A stretch of DNA of 64,000 nucleotides from Acidimicrobiia bacterium (GTDB lineage Bacteria > Actinomycetota > Acidimicrobiia > IMCC26256 > JAENVU01): assembly GCA_031430375.1 (NCBI GenBank), contig JANPBJ010000144.1, forward strand, positions 4,264 through 68,263, written 5' to 3'. The notes under the pieces are model-generated. The model ran no database searches. It was not told where the DNA came from and was given only the letters and a program-made list of their open reading frames with translations. This document shows, piece by piece, positions 44,885-54,766 of this stretch. The first letter of the stretch is position 1; the number at the start of each line of letters is the position of its first letter. The translations under genes and the position numbers were made by a program.

Positions 44885-46519
44885 ATGGGGGACCGCATGA
44901 CCGACTGGAACTTCGCAACGTGCTGGGAGGCGCTCGCCGATGCGCAGCCCGAGAAGCTCGCGCTCGCGCAGGGTGACCGACACCGCACGTGGGGCGAATG
45001 GGACGACCGCGCCGCGCGGCTCGCCGCCGCGTTCACCAGCCTCGGTCTCGAGTCCGGTGGCAAGGTCGCGAGCTACCTCTACAACTCCATCGAATATATG
45101 GAGGGTGTGTACGCCACGTGGAAGTGCCGCAGCGCGCCGGTCAACGTGAACTACCGCTACATGGAAACCGAGCTCCGCTACCTCCTCGAGAACTCCGACA
45201 CCGAGATCCTCCTCTTTCATGGCGTGCTCGGAGATCAAGTCGCGAAGGTCTGGCGCGAAGTCCCCACCCTCAAGGCAATCGTCCAGGTGGACGACGGCCA
45301 CCCGCTCGTGGACGGTGCGCACCGCTACGAAGACCTCATCGCCGCGCACGTTCCCGCCGCGCGCATCGAGAAGTCCGGTGACGACCTGTACATCCTCTAC
45401 ACCGGCGGCACCACCGGCATGCCGAAGGGTGTGATGTGGCGCAACGAGGATCTGTTCAACACCCTCGTGCCGACGGTATGGGGATTGCTCGGTCAGAACG
45501 CCGCCACCAGTCCCGAGGACACGCCCGGCGTGGCTGCTGCCATCGCAGCGGCCGGCCGGACGCCGGTGCATCTCCCGGCGTCGCCGCTCATGCATGGCAC
45601 CGGCTTCATGTCGTCCTTGCAGGCGTTGACTTCCGGCGGTGCGATCGTCACGTTGGAGTCGCGCACCTTCGACGCGCACGAGCTGTGGAAAGCGGTGGAA
45701 CGCGAGAAGGTGACGCAGATGGCGATCGTCGGCGACGCATTCGGCAAGCCGATGGCGCGTGCCCTCGAAGAGGCCGAGCTCGACAACGCGCCGTACGACC
45801 TGTCGTCGCTCGGGCTCATGATCAGCTCCGGCGTGATGTGGACCGCTGAGGTGAAGGAAGCCCTGATGGCACGGGGTTCCTTCCTCTGTCTCGACTCGCT
45901 CGGATCGAGCGAAGGGGTGGGCTTCGCGTCGCAGGTGAGTGCACCGGGCGCCGTGGCGACCACCGCCAAGTTCCAGATCGGCGAGTTCGCGAAGGTCCTC
46001 ACCGAGGCCGGTGTGCCGGTGGTGCCGGGATCGGGCGAGCGCGGCCTGCTCGCGCTCGGCGGCCCGATTCCCCTCGGGTACTACAAGGATCCGGAGAAGA
46101 CGGCGGACACCTTCAAAGAGTTCGACGGTGCTCGCTATTCGATTCCGGGCGACTGGGCCACCGTGGCCGCCGACGGCACCATCGAGCTCCTCGGGCGCGG
46201 CAGTGTTTCCATCAACTCGGGCGGCGAGAAGATCTTCCCCGAAGAGGTAGAGGAAGCCGTGAAGCTGCACCCATCGGTGCAGGACGCAATCGTCGTGGGC
46301 GTGCCCGACGAGAAGTTCGGCGAGGCCATCACCGCGCTGGTGTCACTGCAGGCCGGCAAGACCGCGACCCCCGAAGCGATCATCGAAGCGGTGCAAGCGA
46401 ACCTGAGCCGGTTCAAGGCCCCGCGTCACGTGCTCATCATCGACGAGATCAAGCGCGGCCCCAACGGCAAAGCCGACTACGCCTGGGCCAAACAGATCGC
46501 GGTCGACCGCGTCAGCTGA
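44885..46519 (+). CDS. Acyl-CoA synthetase / AMP-dependent ligase (FadD-like), paralog 2
   Basis: LYTGGTTGMPKGVMW, PNGKADY. Collinear with the 10537-12117 product. ATG 44885 or 44897. The ORF-track 5' extension was trimmed. Confidence 0.85.
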   Translation: MGDRMTDWNFATCWEALADAQPEKLALAQGDRHRTWGEWDDRAARLAAAFTSLGLESGGKVASYLYNSIEYMEGVYATWKCRSAPVNVNYRYMETELRYLLENSDTEILLFHGVLGDQVAKVWREVPTLKAIVQVDDGHPLVDGAHRYEDLIAAHVPAARIEKSGDDLYILYTGGTTGMPKGVMWRNEDLFNTLVPTVWGLLGQNAATSPEDTPGVAAAIAAAGRTPVHLPASPLMHGTGFMSSLQALTSGGAIVTLESRTFDAHELWKAVEREKVTQMAIVGDAFGKPMARALEEAELDNAPYDLSSLGLMISSGVMWTAEVKEALMARGSFLCLDSLGSSEGVGFASQVSAPGAVATTAKFQIGEFAKVLTEAGVPVVPGSGERGLLALGGPIPLGYYKDPEKTADTFKEFDGARYSIPGDWATVAADGTIELLGRGSVSINSGGEKIFPEEVEEAVKLHPSVQDAIVVGVPDEKFGEAITALVSLQAGKTATPEAIIEAVQANLSRFKAPRHVLIIDEIKRGPNGKADYAWAKQIAVDRVS

Positions 46520-46894
46520 TCAGTTCCCAGTAGTGAGGTTGCACTTTCCCGTATCGGCATCGCCTATCCGGGAGAGTACGCCGGCGGCGACCGACCAATA
46601 CCTCGGGCTGCGCCGCAACAGCCTCGTTTCCGACACACCCGTCACAAGACTGGACATGCCAGCGGGCTCGGCGCCGTCGTTCTGCGACTTATACGCCTCG
46701 ACCGCAGTTTCGACCGTGCTCCGCTCACTCAGGCAGGCCTGGACCTTGGCGTCCTTCTCTGTCCCACCTACGGCGAAGACCACCACGGCGGCGAGGATGC
46801 CGAGGATCACGATCACCACGAGCAGCTCCACGAGGGTGAAGCCCTTCTCCAGCAGCGACTTGTCGGCAGTGCGAGAACGAATGAGCTTGAGCAC
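46520..46894 (-). CDS. Type IV pilin (prepilin-type N-terminal cleavage/methylation domain)
   Basis: 124 aa from GTG 46894. Leader VLKLIRSRTADKSLLEKG then FTLVELLVVIVILGILAAVV (Glu at +5). Two Cys in the C-terminal part. Confidence 0.8.
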   Translation of the reverse strand: MLKLIRSRTADKSLLEKGFTLVELLVVIVILGILAAVVVFAVGGTEKDAKVQACLSERSTVETAVEAYKSQNDGAEPAGMSSLVTGVSETRLLRRSPRYWSVAAGVLSRIGDADTGKCNLTTGN

Positions 46895-47113
46895 GGGTAT
46901 CGGTGTCCTTGTGTCCCCGCCCCGGATCTCCCGAGGCGCTCCCAGCAACCCGGTAAACACCGGGTCGACACCGCGAACCTATAGGGGCCTCCCCAGTCTT
47001 GGGTAGGCCGAAAACCCCGATCCGGGCGATTTGAGTCGGTCGACCCACCCGCACCGGTCACCCTCCGCGCGAGGAGATACGAGGGTTCGCAGATTCGCCC
47101 CCGGACGGCGAGA

Positions 47114-48214
47114 ATGGCGCCTATGACCACCACCCCGGTCGACATCACCGGCATCGAGCAGTACCTCACCGTGCTCGCGCTCCACAACGCGACCGACCTC
47201 CATCTCACCGCGGGCGCGCCACCGCTCCTGCGCATCGACGGGAAGCTCACCCCAGTCGACCAACCACCCCTCCACGCCGATGAAGTCGCAGAACTCGTCC
47301 TCGGACTGCTCGACCCGGAACTCGTCGCCCGCTTCCACGACGAGAAGGAGATCGACTTCTCATTCTCCTGGCGCGACGAGATCCGTTTCCGCGCCAACGT
47401 GTTCCGCCAACAAGGCACCGTGGCGCTCGCGCTGCGCGCCATCCCGTTCGAGATTCCCAACTTCGACGAGCTGGGCCTCCCCCCGATCATGGAGTACTTC
47501 GCGGGGTTACCCCAAGGTCTGCTGCTCGTGACCGGTCCTACCGGCTCGGGCAAGTCCACCACCCAGGCGTCGGTCATCGATTTCATCAACCGCAACCGTG
47601 AGTGCCACATCCTCACCATCGAAGACCCGATCGAATACGTGCATCACCACATCCGGTCTGCCGTCAACCAGCGCGAGGTCGGGGTCGATACCGATTCGTT
47701 CGAGCGCGCATTGCGTTCCGCGTTACGCGAAGACCCCGATGTGGTCCTCGTCGGTGAGATGCGCGATGCCGAGACCATGCAGTTCGCGCTCACCATCGCC
47801 GAGACCGGCCACTTGGTGTTCGCCACACTGCACACCAACGACGCCGCCACCGCGCTCGACCGCATCGTGGATGTGTTCCCGGCCGACCGTCAGGCGCAGA
47901 TCCGGGTGCAGCTCTCCGCCGCGCTGGTGGGAGTGGTGAGCCAACGGTTGATCCCCCGCATCGGAGGCGGGATGATCGCCGCCTTCGAAATCATCGTGGC
48001 CACCAATCCGATTCGGAACCTCATCCGCGACGGCAAGACCCACCAGATCCGCAATGTGGTCGCCACCAACATGCGCGACGGCATGCAAACCATGGAAGCT
48101 GCGCTGAATGCGCTGGTGGAGTCCGGCACCGTGAGCTACGACGACGCCGTAGACCGCAGCGTGCACCCTCGCGAGATCAAGCGACCCACGTGGGGCGCCG
48201 CCACCACGGGCTGA
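47114..48214 (+). CDS. pilT: Type IV pilus retraction ATPase PilT
   Basis: 366 aa. GPTGSGKSTT, ILTIEDPIE, VGEMRD, FATLHTNDA. Confidence 0.85.
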   Translation: MAPMTTTPVDITGIEQYLTVLALHNATDLHLTAGAPPLLRIDGKLTPVDQPPLHADEVAELVLGLLDPELVARFHDEKEIDFSFSWRDEIRFRANVFRQQGTVALALRAIPFEIPNFDELGLPPIMEYFAGLPQGLLLVTGPTGSGKSTTQASVIDFINRNRECHILTIEDPIEYVHHHIRSAVNQREVGVDTDSFERALRSALREDPDVVLVGEMRDAETMQFALTIAETGHLVFATLHTNDAATALDRIVDVFPADRQAQIRVQLSAALVGVVSQRLIPRIGGGMIAAFEIIVATNPIRNLIRDGKTHQIRNVVATNMRDGMQTMEAALNALVESGTVSYDDAVDRSVHPREIKRPTWGAATTG

Positions 48215-48238
48215 ACGCGGAGGAACAAGGTCCCGGCC

Positions 48239-49453
48239 TCAGCCGGTGAGGGTGCTGTTGCCCTGGAAGATGCCGTACATGGCAGAGACGAGCGCGACGG
48301 CCACGAACCCCACGATGGCGCCCATCACGATGATGACCGCGGGCTCGGCCAAGGCAGTGAGGCGAGCCAGCTTGTAGTCGAGTTCCTTGGCGAAGAAATC
48401 GGCCGCGGAGGTGAGCTGTTGATCAAGCGTTCCCGTTTCCTCGCCCACGCGCATCATCTGGGTGGCCGCCGGCGGGAAGAGACCGGTCTCCACAATGGGG
48501 CGGGCCATCCCTTCTCCTTCGAGCATCGCATCGCGAACGTTGCCGAGCGCTTCCGCGTAGACCCGGTTGTTCGATCCCTCGATCGCCGCCTGCATCGCCT
48601 CGGGAAGTGGGACTCCCGCCTGCATCATCGCCGAGATGATCCGACAGAACCGCTCGATGACCGTGTACTGCGCGACCTCGCCGATGACCGGCAGCCGGAG
48701 CAACATCCGGTCCCGCCACATCTGGCCACTTTCGCTGCGATTCAACCGCGCCGCTACCACCACGATGACCACGAACCCGAGCGCGAGCGCCCACCACCAG
48801 TTCTCGAAGAATCGGGCGATGTCGAGCAACACCTTCGTGACGGTCGGGAGTTCCGCGTCGAACTCCTTGAAGAAATCCGTGAACTTCGGCAAAACGTAGG
48901 CCACCAGCACCACCACGGTGACGATCGACATGAGAAAGATCACGAGCGGGTAGGTGAGCGCGGAGCGAATCTTCTGGCGCGCCTCGATGTCACGTTCCAT
49001 GTAGCTCGAGAGCTGATCGAGCACGGTGTCGAGGCGACCGGTGATCTCCGCCGAGCGCAGGATGCCCAGGTAGTAGGGCGGGAACACATCGCTATGCCGG
49101 GAAAGCGCCTCCGAGAACGGGACGCCCACTTGGATCAGCTCGGTGGCCTCGGTGAGGATCTCCTGCATCCGCGCGTTCGTGGCGGACTCGCGCACCGTCT
49201 CGAGTGCTTCGATCAGTGGGATACCGGCGCGCACGAACGCGGCGACCTGACGAGAGAAATGCATCACGTCGGTGCGTGGGACTTTGCGTTTGGTGATCTC
49301 GATCTGATTGAACTTGCGGCGCTGCCGGATCCTCTTGACGTTGAGCTCGCGGGCCAGTAACTCGTTACGCAAGCTGTCGAGACTGATCGCATCGGCCTTG
49401 GCCCGGACCTTCTCGCCTTCCGGGGTCACCGCAACGTAGGTAAAGGTGGGCAC
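48239..49453 (-). CDS. pilC: Type IV pilus platform protein PilC (GspF family)
   Basis: 404 aa. Duplicated T2SS-F domains and three hydrophobic helices. Confidence 0.85.
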   Translation of the reverse strand: MPTFTYVAVTPEGEKVRAKADAISLDSLRNELLARELNVKRIRQRRKFNQIEITKRKVPRTDVMHFSRQVAAFVRAGIPLIEALETVRESATNARMQEILTEATELIQVGVPFSEALSRHSDVFPPYYLGILRSAEITGRLDTVLDQLSSYMERDIEARQKIRSALTYPLVIFLMSIVTVVVLVAYVLPKFTDFFKEFDAELPTVTKVLLDIARFFENWWWALALGFVVIVVVAARLNRSESGQMWRDRMLLRLPVIGEVAQYTVIERFCRIISAMMQAGVPLPEAMQAAIEGSNNRVYAEALGNVRDAMLEGEGMARPIVETGLFPPAATQMMRVGEETGTLDQQLTSAADFFAKELDYKLARLTALAEPAVIIVMGAIVGFVAVALVSAMYGIFQGNSTLTG

Positions 49454-49467
49454 CCTCAGATCACCAC

Positions 49468-51321
49468 TCAGACCACGTACAACGTACGGAGCACTTCGGC
49501 GAGTGTGGTGACGTCTTGTTCCACCAGCCGGAGCGCCTCAGTTTGGAGCGGCACCATGCCTTCGGAGATCGCCAGGTCACGCAGCTGCTGATACGTAGGT
49601 TGCGTCACCACGAGCTGCTTCATCGCGTCGCTCACGCACAGCAGCTCGTATACGCCGATCCGGCCTTGGTAGCCGGTCTCGGAGCAGAACACACACCCCG
49701 TGCTCTGGAAGAACTCGCGCTTGGGAGGCATTCCGGCGTTGTCCCAGATGGCGAACTCTTCGGCCGTGGGTTCGTAGGCCACCTTGCACTCCGGACACAG
49801 CCGGCGCACCAGCCGCTGGCCCACCACGCCGAGCACGGAGGACGAAATCAGGAACGACTCGATCCCCATGTCGAGGAAGCGGTGGAGCGCGGCCACGGAG
49901 TCGGTGGCATGCAGGGATGAGAGCACCAGGTGACCTGTGAGCGCGGCCTGCACCGCGATACGCGCGGTCTCCACATCGCGGATCTCTCCGACGAGAATCG
50001 CATCCGGATCCTGGCGCAAGATCGACCGTAAGCCTCCGGCGAACGTGATGCCCGCGGCTTCGTTGATCTGGATCTGATTGACGGTGGGGAACACGTACTC
50101 GACCGGGTCCTCCAAGGTCATCACGTTGATCTCCTCGCGGTTGATCCGCGTGAGTGATGCGTACAACGTGGTGGTCTTGCCCGACCCGGTGGGGCCCGCG
50201 CAGATCACCATGCCGTAGGGCGAGCGCGTGAGGCCTTCGAACACCGTGAGTGTCTCCGCGGGCATGCCAAGGTCGCGCAGGCTGAACAACGCTCGGCGCT
50301 TGTCGAGGATGCGCATCACACACTTCTCGCCGTTCACCACCGACGTGGTGGAGACGCGCACGTCGAGCGGAACGCTATCGACTTCAATCTCGATCTGACC
50401 GTCTTGGGGTCGCCGGCGTTCAACGATGTTCATGTTTGCCATGACCTTGATGCGGCTCACCAACGCCGGGCCCATACTGGACGGCAAGCGCTGGACCTCG
50501 TGCAGCGCGCCATCGATCCGGTTGCGGACCCGCACGCAGTCACCCATCGGTTCGATGTGAATGTCGGACGCGCCGTCACTCACTGCTTGTGACAACAGCA
50601 TGTTGACGACCTGAACAATGGGCGCCTTCTCATCGACCTGCGCCGTCGAGTTCTGGTCCGGCTGGCCGGCGCGGCGCTGCACCTCGCGCGCCTCGAACAC
50701 CCGCACGTGCTCATCAACATTCCCGCTGGTCCGGTACGCGACCTCGATGGCACGCTGGATTTCACTCACGCCACCAACGAATAACTTGGCCGGTTGGCGC
50801 AGCGCATCGCGCAGCCGTTCCGCGATCGCGGTATCGGTGGGATCTGCGACCACCACATCGAAGCCGAACTCCGAGCGCCGCAAGACGATCGCGCCCCAGG
50901 CCTTCGCCTTCGCCTCCGCCAACAACCCGACCACGGTCGGATCAGGGAGGCTGTGGCGAAGGTCTACGACCTCGAGGCCAAACTGTTCGGCCAGCACTCC
51001 TGCCAGCTCGCGCTCAGTGAGTGCCCGTTTCGAAACCAGAAACTCACCGAGGCGGAGTCCGGAGGCCGGCTGACGCTCGAGCGCGCCCGCGAGTTGCGCT
51101 TCGGTCAACATCTCGGCGCGCACGAGCAGCGCACCCAACTTGCGGACCGCATGGCTCTGCTCCAGCGGTGGCTGGTCGCCCTCACTCACAGTGGCGGAGC
51201 GGTCCGAGACCACCGGTCCGCTCGCGGCCCCGTTCTGAGGCACGAGGTCATCGTTGACGGGCGCGGCTGAAGCGCTATTGGCCTCACCTGCCCCATCCTT
51301 CCGGGACTTCAACAAGCCCAC
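49468..51321 (-). CDS. pilB: Type IV pilus assembly ATPase PilB (GspE family) with N-terminal T2SSE_N/MshEN-type domain
   Basis: 617 aa. GPTGSGKTTTLYA, TLEDPVE, VGEIRD, SSLHATDS, CxxC..CxxC zinc motif. The low-complexity N-terminus leaves the start uncertain. Confidence 0.85.
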   Translation of the reverse strand: MGLLKSRKDGAGEANSASAAPVNDDLVPQNGAASGPVVSDRSATVSEGDQPPLEQSHAVRKLGALLVRAEMLTEAQLAGALERQPASGLRLGEFLVSKRALTERELAGVLAEQFGLEVVDLRHSLPDPTVVGLLAEAKAKAWGAIVLRRSEFGFDVVVADPTDTAIAERLRDALRQPAKLFVGGVSEIQRAIEVAYRTSGNVDEHVRVFEAREVQRRAGQPDQNSTAQVDEKAPIVQVVNMLLSQAVSDGASDIHIEPMGDCVRVRNRIDGALHEVQRLPSSMGPALVSRIKVMANMNIVERRRPQDGQIEIEVDSVPLDVRVSTTSVVNGEKCVMRILDKRRALFSLRDLGMPAETLTVFEGLTRSPYGMVICAGPTGSGKTTTLYASLTRINREEINVMTLEDPVEYVFPTVNQIQINEAAGITFAGGLRSILRQDPDAILVGEIRDVETARIAVQAALTGHLVLSSLHATDSVAALHRFLDMGIESFLISSSVLGVVGQRLVRRLCPECKVAYEPTAEEFAIWDNAGMPPKREFFQSTGCVFCSETGYQGRIGVYELLCVSDAMKQLVVTQPTYQQLRDLAISEGMVPLQTEALRLVEQDVTTLAEVLRTLYVV

Positions 51322-51448
51322 GGTGCTCTTCCCTTTCGCCCGGCCCTCGTGCGGCCCATCGGCCCCACGTTTGCAAATCGCCCCGGGATGGTACGGGTCA
51401 ATCGACCCAGTGCGCCATTCCCGCTCGTAACATCCAGGTTCCGGGCGC

Positions 51449-51476
51449 GAAAAAGCGGCGCCCGAAGACGCCGCTC
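51449..51476 (-). terminator. Rho-independent terminator downstream of groES
   Basis: Minus strand reads AGCGGCG-TCTTCGGG-CGCCGCT followed by TTTTCGCG (stem 51454-51460 / 51469-51475). Lies ~35 nt after the groES stop. Confidence 0.75.
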
Positions 51477-51507
51477 CTTCAACCCTCTGCTGTCAGAAAA
51501 CCGGCAG

Positions 51508-51822
51508 TTACTTCTTCTTCTTGGTGGGCGTGTTCTCGATCTTGGCGAGAATGTCACGGCCCGCGAGAATCAAAAGATCCTCGCCGTCGATCGTGATCTC
51601 GGTGCCGCCGTACTTGGAGTACACCACGGTGTCACCAGCGGCGATATCGAGCGGGATGATGTCGCCCGACGTGTCGGAGCGACGGCCCGGGCCTACCGCA
51701 AGGACTTCGCCCTGCTGGGGCTTCTCCTTGGCGGTGTCCGGGATCACCAGCCCGCTAACAGTGGTTTCCTCCGCCTCAGCGGTGCGGACGACGATGCGAT
51801 CCTCCAGCGGTACCAGCTTCAT
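51508..51822 (-). CDS. groES: Co-chaperonin GroES
   Basis: 104 aa from ATG 51822 ([12 protein letters not shown]..), preceded by GGAGGA. Ends with an unusual NTPTKKKK tail. Confidence 0.9.
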   Translation of the reverse strand: MKLVPLEDRIVVRTAEAEETTVSGLVIPDTAKEKPQQGEVLAVGPGRRSDTSGDIIPLDIAAGDTVVYSKYGGTEITIDGEDLLILAGRDILAKIENTPTKKKK

Positions 51823-51907
51823 CGGGTTCCTCCTCGACCGGCCCACTCGGGACCGGCGGTGTGTCGACATTCGGGGGGTCGTCGGGGCTCAATGCCCACG
51901 AACGGTC

Positions 51908-51934
51908 TTAGCACTCGGGGTATGGGAGTGCTAA
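51908..51934 (-). promoter_or_regulatory. CIRCE operator (HrcA binding site), perfect consensus
   Basis: TTAGCACTC-GGGGTATGG-GAGTGCTAA equals TTAGCACTC-N9-GAGTGCTAA. Lies 86-112 nt upstream of the groES start. Confidence 0.9.
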
Positions 51935-51940
51935 ATGAAG

Positions 51941-51967
51941 GTAGCACTCGACCTCCATGACTGCAAA
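51941..51967 (-). promoter_or_regulatory. Second, degenerate CIRCE-like element
   Basis: GTAGCACTC-GACCTCCAT-GACTGCAAA. Left arm matches 8/9, right arm 7/9 of the consensus. Confidence 0.55.
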
Positions 51968-51982
51968 ATCGCAGCCCCGGCG

Positions 51983-52999
51983 TCAAGGAAGCCGGGTCGG
52001 CAGCGGCAACGATGGAAACGCCCCGTCATGAAGCGAGGTGGGCCCATCAGCGCGCAAACGCCACCATGCGGTGGCGGCGATCATGGCCGCGTTGTCGGTG
52101 CAGAGTTCCGGCGGGGGGATCAAGACCCGGCGGCCGGTCTCCTGTCCGAGCCCGGCCACCGAGGCCCGCAGCGCCGAGTTGGCTGCGACCCCACCGCCGA
52201 TCACAAGGGTGCGGGCGTCGATCGAATCTGCCGCCGCATCCAGCTTGCTGGTGAGCACATCGACTACTGCAGCTTGAAACGACGCGGCGAGATCGGCAAC
52301 ATCGGCCGCCGCGGCCACCGCCTCGGGATTGCGCCGCACGTAATGGAGCACCGCGGTCTTGAGCCCCGAGAAGGAGAACGACAGGCCGTCGCCGGCCATC
52401 GGGCGCGGAAAACGAATCGCGGTTGGGTTGCCGGTACGGGCGAGCCGGTCGATGACCGGACCGCCCGGATAGCCGAGCCCGAGTAGCCGAGCGACCTTGT
52501 CGAACGCTTCACCGGCGGCGTCGTCGACGGTCTGACCAAGGATGCGGTAGTGGGCATCACCGTGGACCGCCACGAGCATCGTGTGGCCACCCGAGACGAG
52601 AAGCACCGCGAGGGGCAGGGCGACATCGGGATCTTGGAGCCACGCGGCATGCAAATGGCCTTCGAGATGGTTCACGCCCACGTAGGGAACGTTGCACGCG
52701 AGCGCAAGCGCTTTCCCGGCGCTCACTCCCACCAGCAGCGCGCCCGCGAGCCCGGGACCGCGGCACGCGGCGACCGCGTCGAGATCGGCGAACTCCACGC
52801 CCGCCTCCACCAACGCGTCGCCGATCACACCGTTCACGCGCTCGAGGTGCGCGCGGCTCGCGATCTCCGGGACCACTCCCCCGAACGGCGCGTGCAGTAC
52901 CACCTGGCTCGACACCACGCTCGACCGGATGATGCGGCCGTCAACCACGACCGCGGCCGCGGTCTCGTCACAACTCGTCTCGATTCCGAGGATGATCAC
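51983..52999 (-). CDS. tsaD: tRNA N6-adenosine threonylcarbamoyltransferase
   Basis: 338 aa from GTG 52999 (VIILGIETSCDETAAAVV). GTGA overlap with the rimI stop. Confidence 0.9.
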   Translation of the reverse strand: MIILGIETSCDETAAAVVVDGRIIRSSVVSSQVVLHAPFGGVVPEIASRAHLERVNGVIGDALVEAGVEFADLDAVAACRGPGLAGALLVGVSAGKALALACNVPYVGVNHLEGHLHAAWLQDPDVALPLAVLLVSGGHTMLVAVHGDAHYRILGQTVDDAAGEAFDKVARLLGLGYPGGPVIDRLARTGNPTAIRFPRPMAGDGLSFSFSGLKTAVLHYVRRNPEAVAAAADVADLAASFQAAVVDVLTSKLDAAADSIDARTLVIGGGVAANSALRASVAGLGQETGRRVLIPPPELCTDNAAMIAATAWWRLRADGPTSLHDGAFPSLPLPTRLP

Positions 53000-53562
53000 G
53001 CGCCACCCACCGCATGCGACCCGCGCCGCGCCAATCCATCGAGCAGTTCGCCATACTCCGGCGTATCGATGTCCCGCACCCACATCACCACCGCGTCTTC
53101 GACCGGATTCGAGTAGTAGTCCTTGCGCGCGCCTTCCGGCTGCAACCCGAAACGCCGGTACAGGCCCTGCGCGCCGCGCGCGCTCAACCGCACCTCGAGC
53201 GTGAGCGCGGTGAAGTTGCGATCGATCGCCTCACGGGTGAGCGCGAGGAGCAGCCGCGTGGCGATGTGACGACGATGCCACCGCGGGTCGACCGCGATCG
53301 TGGTCACATGAGCCTCATCCGGCGCGAGCATGATCCCCGCATATCCCACGACCGTACGCGAGGCGCGGGCCACCAGATAGATACGCGACGCGGGAAGACC
53401 AAGCTCCGAGAGGAACAGCGCCTGCGTCCACGGCTTCGGATACACCTGCTGCTCGATCGCCATCACACCGCGTAGGTGGCGCCGCCGCAACGGCGCGAGA
53501 GAAACCGCCAGTGCGTCGAGGTTCGACGAGAGTTCAGGCGTTGTGTTCACAGCGGGGTCCAC
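52996..53562 (-). CDS. rimI: Ribosomal-protein-alanine N-acetyltransferase (GNAT)
   Basis: 188 aa. GNAT core VVGYAGIM...VDPRWHRRHIATRLLLAL. Conserved position between tsaB and tsaD. Confidence 0.8.
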   Translation of the reverse strand: MDPAVNTTPELSSNLDALAVSLAPLRRRHLRGVMAIEQQVYPKPWTQALFLSELGLPASRIYLVARASRTVVGYAGIMLAPDEAHVTTIAVDPRWHRRHIATRLLLALTREAIDRNFTALTLEVRLSARGAQGLYRRFGLQPEGARKDYYSNPVEDAVVMWVRDIDTPEYGELLDGLARRGSHAVGGA

Positions 53563-54236
53563 GCGATCTCGGCATCGCTGTGACGCAGGTACATCGGCGC
53601 CACATCGGTGGGGAGTTGAAACTCCTCCCGCTCGAACCGAGCGCAGCCGAGCTCGACCAACGCGGTCACGCTCGGAGCGGCCGCGGAAGCGCCGAGGATT
53701 TGCACTCGATCAAGGCCGGCAAACGCGTCGGGATACACCAACGCTCCGTTGCCCACGAGCAGCACTTCGGCTCCGGACGCCAAGATGTCGGCGGCCAGGG
53801 CTGCGGGCGAACCCACTGCATAGTCACCATCACGTTGCAACCCGCCCGGCACCGGCCAATACCGCGCCGAGAACACTTCTGTGCGGCGGGCATCGAGGGC
53901 CGCGACGATGTGGCGACGAGTGGACCGCCACGGGTACGCGACGAGATCCAGGCTCGGGACTCCTACCACAGGAATCCCTAACGCCTGGGCGATCACCCGC
54001 GCTGTGGTGATGCCGACCCGCAGGCCGGTGTACAAGCCCGGCCCGATCCCTACGGCAACGAACGCGAGCTGATCCAGCTCCAACGCGAGCTCGCTCGCCA
54101 AATATTCGATCGCCGGTACAAGTTGTTCGCAATGGCGGCGGCCGCCGTCGAGGCGAACCTCGCCGAGCACCCGACCGTTGCGACCAAACGCCACGCCGAC
54201 TTGGTTCGTCGCGGTATCGATGGCCAGTGTCAGCAC
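53547..54236 (-). CDS. tsaB: tRNA threonylcarbamoyladenosine biosynthesis protein TsaB
   Basis: 229 aa from GTG 54236 (VLTLAIDTATNQVGVA). Conserved operon position. Confidence 0.8.
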   Translation of the reverse strand: MLTLAIDTATNQVGVAFGRNGRVLGEVRLDGGRRHCEQLVPAIEYLASELALELDQLAFVAVGIGPGLYTGLRVGITTARVIAQALGIPVVGVPSLDLVAYPWRSTRRHIVAALDARRTEVFSARYWPVPGGLQRDGDYAVGSPAALAADILASGAEVLLVGNGALVYPDAFAGLDRVQILGASAAAPSVTALVELGCARFEREEFQLPTDVAPMYLRHSDAEIAWTPL

Positions 54237-54766
54237 GATGGCTCGCCACCGGTTGAACCCGCCGCGTCGACGGCCGCTGCATCGACCGCAGCCACGATCA
54301 GGGCCCCGAGCGAGTCCATGGATTCCGACCAACGCGTACCCACGCCTACCAGCACCAGAAGGCGCGTGTCGTCATCCGCGGCATCGGGAGGGAGGAGCTC
54401 GAGAGTGACCTCCAGCCGATCCGGCGGCAACAGGCTGCGCACTCCCTCGCCCCACTCGATGACGGTCACGGCACCATCGAAGAGCTCGTCGAGACCGAGG
54501 TCGATCGCTTCCTGCTCGCGGTCGAGCCGGTACACGTCGAGATGACGGAACGGCACGAGATTTTCATACTCGCGCACCAGCGCAAACGTCGGGCTCACGA
54601 TCTGTTCCGTCACCCCGAGGCCCCGGCCCACACCTTGTGCGAACACCGTTTTGCCGGTGCCGAGATCTCCCGTGAGCACGACCACATCGCCGGGGTGAAG
54701 CTGCGCGGCGACGGCGGCGCCAATCGCGCGCGTCATGGCTGGACTCACCGAGATCACGTCCATCAC
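54230..54766 (-). CDS. tsaE: tRNA threonylcarbamoyladenosine biosynthesis ATPase TsaE
   Basis: P-loop LTGDLGTGKTVFAQGV, SPTFALV. GTG 54766 (GTGA overlap with the udg stop) or ATG 54763. Confidence 0.8.
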   Translation of the reverse strand: MMDVISVSPAMTRAIGAAVAAQLHPGDVVVLTGDLGTGKTVFAQGVGRGLGVTEQIVSPTFALVREYENLVPFRHLDVYRLDREQEAIDLGLDELFDGAVTVIEWGEGVRSLLPPDRLEVTLELLPPDAADDDTRLLVLVGVGTRWSESMDSLGALIVAAVDAAAVDAAGSTGGEPSC

